Assembly (NCBI GenBank): GCA_011960625.1
Contig: BLMJ01000224.1
Location: 97,523 to 161,522 of the forward strand
Source: Lachnospiraceae bacterium
GTDB lineage: Bacteria > Bacillota > Clostridia > Lachnospirales > Lachnospiraceae
Direction: 5' to 3'
DNA: 64,000 nt
Within the stretch, counting starts at the first letter, position 1; each line of letters begins with the position of its first letter. Of the stretch, positions 28,951-37,412 are shown piece after piece. The position numbers and the translations under genes were made by a program. The notes under the pieces are model-generated. The model ran no database searches, was not told the DNA's origin, and saw nothing but the letters and a program-made list of their open reading frames with translations.

Positions 28951-29036
28951 CATCACTACGGATATGCCTTTCGGTATTCCGTTGATGATATACATATATT
29001 TTTATATTTTTTCATTTACATCATAAGGAGGTTTTT

Positions 29037-29954
29037 ATGAGACACTTAATGAGTCCGCTTGATTTTTCCGTAGAAGAATTGGATCGACTGATGAACTTAG
29101 CGGTTGACATCGAAGCCAACCCTGCCAAGTACGCACATGCCTGCGAAGGAAAAAAACTAGCAACACTTTTCTATGAGCCAAGCACACGGACAAGGCTAAG
29201 CCACGAAGCCGCAATGCTGAACTTGGGGGGAAGCGTCCTTGGATTCTCTTCCGCCGAATCCAGCTCCGCCGCAAAGGGAGAGAGCGTTTCTGACACCATC
29301 CGCACTGTTTCCTGTTATGCAGATATCTGTGCAATGCGCCATCCGAAAGAAGGCGCGCCCATGGTTGCCTGTCAGCATTCCTCTATCCCGGTAATCAACG
29401 CCGGAGACGGAGGCCATCAGCATCCGACCCAGACTCTGACCGATTTGCTTACCATCCGCAATCTGAAAGGCCATCTAGACAACATGGTCATTGGGCTGTG
29501 CGGGGATCTGAAATTTGGACGTACCGTCCATTCCCTGATCCATGCCCTAGTCAGATACCCCGGAATTAAGTTCATCCTGATTTCTCCGGAAGAATTAAGG
29601 CTTCCCGGCTATATGCGTTTTGATGTACTGGATAAGGGGAATATCCCGTACAAAGAAGTAGTCAGGCTTGAGGATGCTCTGCCGAAGCTGGATTTACTCT
29701 ACATGACTCGTGTCCAGAAGGAACGTTTCTTCAACGAAGAGGACTATGTGCGCATGAAGGATTTCTATATTCTGGATTCTAAGAAGATGGAGCAGGCGCC
29801 AAAGGATATGTATGTCCTTCATCCGCTTCCGCGTGTCAATGAGATTTCCGTGGAGGTAGACACCGACCCCAGGGCAGCTTATTTCAAACAGACCCAGTAT
29901 GGCGTCTATATCCGGATGGCGCTCATTCTGACGCTGCTTAATATTGAAGTGTAG
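29037..29954 (+). CDS. pyrB: Aspartate carbamoyltransferase catalytic subunit
   Basis: 'FYEPSTRTR', 'NAGDG.HQHPTQ', 'YMTRVQKER', 'HPLPR'. Confidence 0.97.
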   Translation: MRHLMSPLDFSVEELDRLMNLAVDIEANPAKYAHACEGKKLATLFYEPSTRTRLSHEAAMLNLGGSVLGFSSAESSSAAKGESVSDTIRTVSCYADICAMRHPKEGAPMVACQHSSIPVINAGDGGHQHPTQTLTDLLTIRNLKGHLDNMVIGLCGDLKFGRTVHSLIHALVRYPGIKFILISPEELRLPGYMRFDVLDKGNIPYKEVVRLEDALPKLDLLYMTRVQKERFFNEEDYVRMKDFYILDSKKMEQAPKDMYVLHPLPRVNEISVEVDTDPRAAYFKQTQYGVYIRMALILTLLNIEV

Positions 29955-29965
29955 GAGGGAAGAGC

Positions 29966-30412
29966 ATGTTAAAAAATACACTGAATGTCGGACGTATCGA
30001 GGAAGGTTTCGTATTAGATCATATACAGGCAGGACGCAGTATGGACATCTACAAATATCTCCATCTGGACAAATTAGACTGCTGCGTTGCCATCATTAAG
30101 AATGCCAAGAGCAACAAGATGGGTAAGAAGGACATCATGAAGATTGAGTGTCCCATTGATTTTATCGACTTAGACGTATTGGGATTTATCGATCACAATA
30201 TCACCATCAATCTCATCAAGGATTCTGAGATTGTAGCTAAGAAGTGCTTACATCTCCCCAAAGAGATTACCAACATCATCCGCTGCAAGAATCCAAGATG
30301 TATCACTTCCATTGAGCAGGGGCTTGACCATGTGTTTGTCCTGACTGACCCTGAAAAAGAAGTCTACCGCTGCAAATACTGTGAGGAGAAATATCACGGC
30401 AAATTAAAATAA
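29966..30412 (+). CDS. pyrI: Aspartate carbamoyltransferase regulatory subunit
   Basis: 'GFVLDHI.AG', 'KKDIMKIE', Zn motifs 'CKNPRCIT' and 'CKYCE'. Confidence 0.94.
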   Translation: MLKNTLNVGRIEEGFVLDHIQAGRSMDIYKYLHLDKLDCCVAIIKNAKSNKMGKKDIMKIECPIDFIDLDVLGFIDHNITINLIKDSEIVAKKCLHLPKEITNIIRCKNPRCITSIEQGLDHVFVLTDPEKEVYRCKYCEEKYHGKLK

Positions 30413-30430
30413 TCATTCTCTGAAAAATTT

Positions 30431-30470
30431 CAGGGGCAGATATGGTCCATACCAGCCATATCCGCCCCTG
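30431..30470. terminator. Hairpin between convergent pyrI and rnpB
   Basis: CAGGGGCAGATATGG...CCATATCCGCCCCTG inverted repeat. Confidence 0.65.
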
Positions 30471-30508
30471 TTTAGAACTATCAATGCCTATATTCCTTCA
30501 AATATCAC

Positions 30509-30873
30509 TGCAAGCAAGACGATAAGCCGGGTTATGTCGTTGGGTAATCATCTATCTAGCCCTGTCGTTGCCGGCAGGGTCAAGCAACCTACCTAAGACG
30601 TGACGGGCCGCCACATCGTCTTTTTCCGGTCTTGCTTCGGATGGGGTTTACATGTGCCCCCGCTGTTACCAGCAGGGCGGTAGTCTCTTACACTGCCCTT
30701 CCACCCTTACCATATACATGGCGGTACATTTCTGTTGCACTTTCCTTGGAGTCGCCTCCACCGGACGTTATCCGGCATCCTGCCCTGTGAAGCCCGGACT
30801 TTCCTCATCTGCCGCCTTTCAGCCTATCTGTACAATCCCAAATTTGCAGATGCGATTACCTGTCTTACTTGCA
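30509..30873 (-). ncRNA. rnpB: RNase P RNA (bacterial type A)
   Basis: Minus strand carries the conserved GAGGAAAGTCCGGGC, GGAAAGTGCAACAGAAA, GGTAAGGGTGGAA, TAAACCCC..GAAGCAAG and ACATAACCCGGCTTA elements, closed by a terminal GCAAGTAAGAC/GTCTTGCTTGC stem. Confidence 0.96.
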
Positions 30874-30924
30874 ATGTCTTAAAACAACGTATCTTATACT
30901 AACACAAACTTCTCTGAAAATCAA

Positions 30925-32655
30925 TTACCGGAAGCTCTTAATCCAATTAATCAAAGAATCATGATACACGTTATCCATAACGTCCTTCTTCATCTGTTCT
31001 GTAATGGGACCATTCTTTTCCATAATCGTAAGAATCGCCTCCTGAAGTCCGGCAATCCTGCCTTTTTCAAAAGCCTCCTGGTGCTCTGACGCCTCTGGCG
31101 CCTCTTCTGTCTGGCACTTTTTTGCCGTATCAGCCAAAGCCAGATTCTCCATGGCTTCATCAATCATCTTCTCTGCCACGGTATCCAAAGTCTTTCTCGA
31201 TTCCAGCTTGACCTTCTCCTCCTCCACAGATTCCAGCATCACCTCAGCCACTTTCTCCGCCATAATATCTACCGGCGCCTTAACATCGTCCTTCAACTCT
31301 TGTCCTTCAGCTATTGGGATCCAGATCTCTCCCGAATTAGCCTTCACTCTGACTGAGATACGGCCGTTATCCACAGCCGCCTTCTCGCCTGAGAGAGCGC
31401 CCACATAGGAAGCTCCATCTTTCGCCGGAAGATTCATGGTAAAATCACTGTCATCATTGTTCACCGTAACGATAACGGCTTCTCCCTTAAAGTTTCTGGA
31501 AAATGCGTACTGCCGATTGGTCAGCATCAATTCCTGATAATCTCCGTAGGATAGAGCCGGCGTATTCTTTCGTATCTTACCGAGCGCCGCAATCAGTCTG
31601 GTATACGGATTCTCCTCTATGGCAAGTTCATAATCCGCAAGAGACAGCGCAGGTCTTAAGGAATCGTCGGAGTGCCGCTCTTTGCGTCCCTCAATTCCAA
31701 ACTCTGATCCATAATAGATGGAAGGCACTCCCGGCAGTGTATAGAGTAAGACATGCACAGGTGCAAAATGGGCCTTGTTACTCAGCTTCGTATAGATTCT
31801 CTCTACATCGTGGTTGTCCACAAAATTATAGAGCTTTAGGCCATCCGGCCGATTGCCTCCCATACCATAGAGTCTTTTTACCGTATGGGCAATCTCAAAA
31901 TAGTTGTGGTCATTGTGTCCTGAGTAAAGCGCTTTATGCAGATGATAATTGGTGACAGAATGTAAGGTTCCTTCGTTCACCCAGCGGTTGTAATCTCCAT
32001 GGATAACCTCTCCCATCAGCCAAAAGTCTGGCTTCACTTCATTAGCCACCTGCCGAAGAGCCTTCATATATTCAAAATCCAGCACGTCCGCCGCGTCCAG
32101 ACGGATTCCGTCCACGTCGAACTCCTCTACCCAGAAACGAATTACATCCCCAATATAATCCCGCACTTTTGGATTCTGCTGATTCAGTTTCGCAAGGAGA
32201 TCATAACCTCCCCAGTTCTCATAGGAAAACCCATCGTTAAACTCATTATTTCCCCAAAAATTCACGTTCCGATACCAATCCTTATACCGAGAATTTTCCC
32301 TGTTTTTCTTGATATCCTGAAACGCAAAAAAATCCCGTCCGGTGTGGTTAAACACCCCGTCGAAGATAACTTTCACTCCCTGCCTGTGACACTCCTTCAC
32401 AAACCCGGTCAAATCTTCATTGGTTCCAAGACGGGAATCCAGCTTTTTGTAATCCGTAGTCTCATATCCGTGTCCCACCGATTCAAAAAGAGGGCCAATA
32501 TAGATTGCGTTGCATCCAATCTCCTTGATATGGGCAATCCACGGCACCAGCGTGTTCAGTCTGTGCTCCGGCTCCCCGTAAGAATTTTGCTTCGGCGCGC
32601 CAGTAAGCCCTAACGGATAAATGTGATAAAATACTGCCTCATCATACCATGCCAT
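30925..32655 (-). CDS. GH13 alpha-amylase-family hydrolase (cyclomaltodextrinase/neopullulanase-like) with C-terminal extension
   Basis: GH13 regions 'DGVFNH', 'DGIRLDAA', 'GEVIH', 'FVDNHD', 'PSIYYGSE'. Confidence 0.9.
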   Translation of the reverse strand: MAWYDEAVFYHIYPLGLTGAPKQNSYGEPEHRLNTLVPWIAHIKEIGCNAIYIGPLFESVGHGYETTDYKKLDSRLGTNEDLTGFVKECHRQGVKVIFDGVFNHTGRDFFAFQDIKKNRENSRYKDWYRNVNFWGNNEFNDGFSYENWGGYDLLAKLNQQNPKVRDYIGDVIRFWVEEFDVDGIRLDAADVLDFEYMKALRQVANEVKPDFWLMGEVIHGDYNRWVNEGTLHSVTNYHLHKALYSGHNDHNYFEIAHTVKRLYGMGGNRPDGLKLYNFVDNHDVERIYTKLSNKAHFAPVHVLLYTLPGVPSIYYGSEFGIEGRKERHSDDSLRPALSLADYELAIEENPYTRLIAALGKIRKNTPALSYGDYQELMLTNRQYAFSRNFKGEAVIVTVNNDDSDFTMNLPAKDGASYVGALSGEKAAVDNGRISVRVKANSGEIWIPIAEGQELKDDVKAPVDIMAEKVAEVMLESVEEEKVKLESRKTLDTVAEKMIDEAMENLALADTAKKCQTEEAPEASEHQEAFEKGRIAGLQEAILTIMEKNGPITEQMKKDVMDNVYHDSLINWIKSFR

Positions 32656-32776
32656 CGTTATCCGTACCTCCTAAAAATTATTCCAGTATCACATAGAAAT
32701 ATTCATTCCAACTGCGATACCCTTATATTCTATCATAAAATCCTTATAACCGCCACAAAAAATACCTGCCGTGCCT

Positions 32777-33256
32777 TTAGGCGTCCGCTATTACATCCTC
32801 GATGAGCTCTCTCCCATCCGCCGCACCTGTGGCCAGAGCGTCGCATCTCTCATTCTGAGGATGCCCGTCATGTCCCTTAACCCAGATAAAGGTCACTTTA
32901 TGCTGCTCCTTTGCCGCCAACAGACGCTTCCACAGATCAACATTCTTCACAGGCTCGTTCTTTCCCCGCTTCCACCCTTTCTTTAACCAGCCATCGATCC
33001 AATGCTGGTTAAATGCCTTGACCACATACTGGGAATCCGAGTACACTTCCACCTCACAGGGCCGATTCAGCGCCTCAAGCCCTGCAATCACGGCCATCAA
33101 TTCCATTCGATTGTTCGTCGTCTTTTTGTATCCCTGGGACAGCTCCTTCGTGTGAAGCTCCCCCTTCGTATCCATATATTCCAACACGGTTCCATAGCCT
33201 CCCGGCCCGTCTGGGTTTCCCCTTGCCGCGCCGTCCGTATAAATCTTCACCTTCAT
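32777..33256 (-). CDS. rnhA: Ribonuclease HI
   Basis: 'YTDGA.RGNP.GPGG', 'TTNNRMEL', 'DSQY', 'WVKGH.G...NERCD'. Confidence 0.96.
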   Translation of the reverse strand: MKVKIYTDGAARGNPDGPGGYGTVLEYMDTKGELHTKELSQGYKKTTNNRMELMAVIAGLEALNRPCEVEVYSDSQYVVKAFNQHWIDGWLKKGWKRGKNEPVKNVDLWKRLLAAKEQHKVTFIWVKGHDGHPQNERCDALATGAADGRELIEDVIADA

Positions 33257-33276
33257 CCTATTTCTCCTTTTTTACC

Positions 33277-33960
33277 CTATATTTCAAACCTTTGATGGAT
33301 TTTTGTTATCCGCCTCACCCGCTCTCGGTAGGGCTCTGACACAGGGTCCTCAAGCAGTCTGTCACAAGTTTCATACTTTCCCCATAAATGCATGGGAAAT
33401 GCACAGCCTGTTTGCGTATGGCGCATAAAATAATCGAAGCCCCATGCATACTGCTCTTCCTGCCTTGGATCTAAGGGCAAAAATGCCACATCAATAGACT
33501 CCTTGGTAAGCTTCTCAATCTCACGCTGATATCGACGGCGCATCATTTCATTGTACACGCCGCTTTCTTCTTCCCAGTGCCACCAGTTCAAATCTCCTCC
33601 GTGATAAATGGTCTTCTCTCCCACCTTAACCAGAAAAGCGACCCCTTCATCTGTAGAGCGCAGCGTCCGAATCCTCATCCCATCAAGAGTAAGCTCCTGA
33701 CAGGGCCCTATATAGGTACAGCTTCCTTCCGGTCCCTCCGCCTCAATATCATCTGAGAGAATAAAGTGGATATCTTTAAAATAGCTCTGCCACTCAAAAA
33801 TCTGTTTATTAAAATGGTCATAGTGAACATGGCTTGCAAATACGTAGACCCCGGCCGTCTCCGGCAGCTTAGGAAGGTCGCCCTCATAATAGTCGAAAAC
33901 CAAAATCCTATCGTCTATCTCAAGCACATACCCACTATGATTCAAATATGTTATCTTCAT
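33277..33960 (-). CDS. MBL-fold metallo-hydrolase
   Basis: 'HSGY', 'SHVHYDHF', 'YHGGDLNWWHW', 'FPMH'. Confidence 0.88.
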   Translation of the reverse strand: MKITYLNHSGYVLEIDDRILVFDYYEGDLPKLPETAGVYVFASHVHYDHFNKQIFEWQSYFKDIHFILSDDIEAEGPEGSCTYIGPCQELTLDGMRIRTLRSTDEGVAFLVKVGEKTIYHGGDLNWWHWEEESGVYNEMMRRRYQREIEKLTKESIDVAFLPLDPRQEEQYAWGFDYFMRHTQTGCAFPMHLWGKYETCDRLLEDPVSEPYRERVRRITKIHQRFEI

Positions 33961-34011
33961 CCTATCTCCCCAAAATCACTTCCGGCACGCAGCCGGCTTT
34001 TGTCAGCCGCC

Positions 34012-34482
34012 TTATGCCTCTCCTTGAATTACCTCCACCGCATGGACCAGCTCCGGCATCAGAAACTTAAGACTCTCCCGAACCGCCTGCGCCTTGCCCG
34101 GCAGGTTCACAATCAGTACGTCCCCCCGTATTCCTGCAACACTTCGGTTAAGCATGGCTCGCTTGGTCAATTTCATTGTGTACGCCCGCATCGCCTCCGG
34201 GATTCCCACAATCTGTTTCTCAATAATATCCATGGTCGCCTCAGGCGTACAGTCCGAAGGCCCACAGCCTGCGCCGCCTGTTGTCAGCACAAGGTCTGCT
34301 GAAAATGTATCTGTTATTCTTGTCATCACCGCAGCCAGTACCTCTCTGTCATTGGGAATCGCGCCCATGTAGGTAATCTCGAAACCAGCCTCCTCTACCA
34401 TCTCCATGATTGCCTCTCCGCTTTCGTTTCCCGCATTTCCCCTATATATCTCCGTACTCGCCGTAATAATCGCAACTCTCAT
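34012..34482 (-). CDS. MogA/MoaB-family molybdopterin-binding protein
   Basis: 'LVLTTGG.G..P.D.TPEA', 'PEAMR', 'NLPG'. Confidence 0.88.
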   Translation of the reverse strand: MRVAIITASTEIYRGNAGNESGEAIMEMVEEAGFEITYMGAIPNDREVLAAVMTRITDTFSADLVLTTGGAGCGPSDCTPEATMDIIEKQIVGIPEAMRAYTMKLTKRAMLNRSVAGIRGDVLIVNLPGKAQAVRESLKFLMPELVHAVEVIQGEA

Positions 34483-34634
34483 ATCATACCTCCGCTATTT
34501 CCCGGAAACTCTCGTATTTTTAGAAATCTCCTCTTTCATGTAATACTTCTGACCAGACAAAGCCCAAAAATCTGAAAACGGCAGAAAGTCCGTGAACAGT
34601 TCACGGACTTTACCCCATAATGTCTGTCAGAACA

Positions 34635-34663
34635 ATCATAGCAAATTATACCAGAAGTGTAAA
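34635..34663 (-). promoter_or_regulatory. sigma-A-type promoter(s) for the mogA-MBL-rnhA cluster
   Basis: TTTACA-17-TATGAT, plus an overlapping extended -10 TGgTATAAT (34650-34645). Confidence 0.55.
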
Positions 34664-34673
34664 GTATTTTACC

Positions 34674-36146
34674 TTAGATAATAATGCATACCAGCCCGCC
34701 GTTGCTGTCATTTACGATCTTCTGCATAGTATCCTGAAGCTTTTCCTGACTCTCGTCATTAATCATAGCCATCTTATTCTGCATACCGTCCATCACCAGC
34801 TCCTCGATGGACTTTCCAAAGATATTCGTACCCCAGATCCCTTCCTCGCTCTCCTTTGCATCCTTAATGTAACGAATCAAATCCTGGGCCTGCTGTTCAT
34901 TTCCTACGATAGGCGCAATCTCCGTCTCAATGTTTGCACGAATAAGGTGAATAGAAGGCGCCTCTGAATGAATCTTAACTCCATATTTGTTCCCTTGCTT
35001 GATGATGGTGGGCTCTTCAAGGGTAATCTCGTCTTTTTGGGGACTGACCACGCCATACCCCCGCATCCGTACCGAGGCGAATGCATCCCTGACCCCTTCA
35101 TACTCCTTCTTAAGCTCCGATAAATTCTTCATGGCCGCCACCAGCTCATACTGTCCTGCAATATGGGTTCCTGTAAGCTCGCTTAGCATCTCATAGTAGA
35201 ACTTTTCCGCCACCTGTATGCGTACCTTCACACATCCGGTATCCATCTCAATATGGTCTACCTTCATTTCCTCAATATACATACACTCCGGCAGCTCGAT
35301 TCCTGCCACAGCGTCCCGAATCTCCCCGAAACGGTTCAGAATATCCTTGATATGTACTAACAGCTCTTGCTTAATCTTATGCTCCCTTGGCAGCATTTCC
35401 ACCCATTTAGGGATAAAGAACTGCACCTCGGAAACCGGAAATTCATATAGAACTGCTTCCATGATTCTGGTAATATCCTCTTCTTTTAACTGCTCGCAGT
35501 TGACCGGAAGGGCGCTCACCCCATACTGCTGTGCACACTCCTGGGCCACCTGTTTCGCCTCGTCTCCAAAAGGCTTCTTGGAATTGACCAGCACCACGAA
35601 AGGCTTCCCTATACTCTGCAGCTCCCGGATGGTCTTCTCCGTCCCCTCCCTATAATTCTCCCGGGGGATATCCGTAATACTGCCGTCCGTCGTGACCACG
35701 ATACCGATAGTGGAATGGTCGTGAATCACCTTTCTAGTCCCGATAGCCGCCGCCTTGGTAAATGGAATCTCATGCTCGAACCAAGGCGTCTTCACCTGAC
35801 GCTCTTCCCCGCCTTCCACATGGCCGGAGGCGCCCTCTACCATATACCCCACACAGTCAATCAGCCTAACCCGTACCTTCACATCCTCCGAAACCCGGAT
35901 CTCCGCGGCTTCCTTTGGGACGAACTTCGGCTCTGTGGTCATAATCGTCCGTCCCGACGCAGACTGGGGAAGCTCATCCTTTGTCCTGGCCTTTCCATGT
36001 TCATCCTCCATATGCGGCAGAACCAACACATCCATGAACCTCTTGATAAATGTAGATTTTCCCGTTCTGACCGGGCCTACCACTCCGATGTAAATCTCAC
36101 CGTTTGTCCTGGCTTGTATATCCTTGTATAAATGATATTGCTCCAT
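34674..36146 (-). CDS. spoIVA: Stage IV sporulation protein A
   Basis: 'IYIGVVGPVRTGKSTFIKRFM', 'DELPQSA.G.TIMTTEPKF', C-terminal 'GGLVCIII'. Confidence 0.97.
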   Translation of the reverse strand: MEQYHLYKDIQARTNGEIYIGVVGPVRTGKSTFIKRFMDVLVLPHMEDEHGKARTKDELPQSASGRTIMTTEPKFVPKEAAEIRVSEDVKVRVRLIDCVGYMVEGASGHVEGGEERQVKTPWFEHEIPFTKAAAIGTRKVIHDHSTIGIVVTTDGSITDIPRENYREGTEKTIRELQSIGKPFVVLVNSKKPFGDEAKQVAQECAQQYGVSALPVNCEQLKEEDITRIMEAVLYEFPVSEVQFFIPKWVEMLPREHKIKQELLVHIKDILNRFGEIRDAVAGIELPECMYIEEMKVDHIEMDTGCVKVRIQVAEKFYYEMLSELTGTHIAGQYELVAAMKNLSELKKEYEGVRDAFASVRMRGYGVVSPQKDEITLEEPTIIKQGNKYGVKIHSEAPSIHLIRANIETEIAPIVGNEQQAQDLIRYIKDAKESEEGIWGTNIFGKSIEELVMDGMQNKMAMINDESQEKLQDTMQKIVNDSNGGLVCIII

Positions 36147-36176
36147 ACTATATGCCCCTTCCATTCGTGCTGTTAG

Positions 36177-36205
36177 AATATATGCGGGCTTAAGACGGTT
36201 TAGAC
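36177..36205 (-). promoter_or_regulatory. sigma-E-like promoter of spoIVA
   Basis: GTCTAAA, 14 bp, CATATATT. spoIVA is sigma-E dependent in endospore formers. Confidence 0.6.
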
Positions 36206-36221
36206 TACTTTCAAACAAGTT

Positions 36222-37412
36222 TCAGCGAAACTTCACGGTAATAGAACAGATTTCCGCAATGGTTCCGACCCTCATATTGGGTCCAAATATCCCCACGCCA
36301 GAGGTCACAATATTATGCATATCTCCTTTTTTCAGATATCCGCAGGCATTTTCCCACATCAAACGGATGGTTAGATTGCCCGGCCACACCTGTCCGTCGT
36401 GGGTATGACCGCACAGATCCAGATCCACTCCCGCGTCCGCCAATTCCTTAAGCTCTTTCGGCTGATGATCAATGACAAATATAGGTTTGGACAAATCCAT
36501 ATCCGCCGTTATCTCCTTCGGCGTCTTTCGGTTCTCAATTCCCCTGCCCGGGCGATGCCTGTCCGGACGGCCATAGAGATACACGCTGTCCGCAATCGTC
36601 ACCGATTCGTCCCTAAGCAGCGTGATCCCCGCCCTCTCAAGGAACTCATCCATCCTGACGTCGCTTTCTTTCTTCCGGCTCCCGCCGAAGGTAAATCCGG
36701 CGAGAATTTTTTCCTTGATATCATGATTGCCATAGCAGGCATAAATCCCGTATTTGCTTCGAATCCCTTTGAAGATAGAGATTAATTTCTCCGGGTCCTC
36801 CAACGCCTCGTACTCATTGTCAAAAATATCCCCTGCAAAAATCACCAAATCCGGCTCTTCCGCATTTATCTTGTCGACCATCTTCTGAATATGCTCGCAG
36901 CCGATATTGTAACCCATATGTAAATCGGCCGCCATGACCACCTTCATCTGCTTAAGGTCGTCCGCCTTCTTATCAATCCTCACCTCATATCTTGTGGTTT
37001 TGATATTTCCTGCGTTCACCATTCCCCAGATGCTAAGCACAGCAATGCCGACCGCGCAGATAACTCCTGAAATCACAAATACCTTGAAGCTCCTTAGCTT
37101 TTCCTGATTTAGTTTCTTGCTTCTTTTCAAAATCACATGGATCACATCCGCCGTTCCCACCACCAAAATAGTATAGAGCAGGATTCCAAGCCAATAATTC
37201 CCTACCTTTACAAAAAAACGTTTTACAACTCCCGACGGAAGGAAGAAACCTACCCCCATGGCGCTGGCAAAAAACAGGTAAACCGTCAAAACGATAAGGC
37301 GCGCCCGAAACTTTCGAAACTCATGCCTGCAGGTACTCAGCCACCGAATAATCCACCGGATAATATATACATTGACCAACGCATACAGCGGAGACAATAA
37401 TATCGCTAACAT
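36222..37412 (-). CDS. Membrane-anchored metallophosphoesterase (YkuE-like)
   Basis: N-terminal TMs, then 'ADLH', 'GDIFD', 'GNHD', 'DHQP', 'GHTHDGQ'. Confidence 0.9.
   Translation of the reverse strand: MLAILLSPLYALVNVYIIRWIIRWLSTCRHEFRKFRARLIVLTVYLFFASAMGVGFFLPSGVVKRFFVKVGNYWLGILLYTILVVGTADVIHVILKRSKKLNQEKLRSFKVFVISGVICAVGIAVLSIWGMVNAGNIKTTRYEVRIDKKADDLKQMKVVMAADLHMGYNIGCEHIQKMVDKINAEEPDLVIFAGDIFDNEYEALEDPEKLISIFKGIRSKYGIYACYGNHDIKEKILAGFTFGGSRKKESDVRMDEFLERAGITLLRDESVTIADSVYLYGRPDRHRPGRGIENRKTPKEITADMDLSKPIFVIDHQPKELKELADAGVDLDLCGHTHDGQVWPGNLTIRLMWENACGYLKKGDMHNIVTSGVGIFGPNMRVGTIAEICSITVKFR

Noticed and set aside
28640-29036. Canonical PyrR-binding attenuator upstream of pyrB
   Set aside because: No ARUCCNGNGAGGYU motif found; reported instead as an unexplained structured leader.
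30652-30882. 76-aa ORF on the plus strand
   Set aside because: Antisense to RNase P RNA; spurious.
34483-34673. Moco/Wco riboswitch upstream of mogA
   Set aside because: Could not find the conserved Moco-RNA sequence elements; the structure differs.
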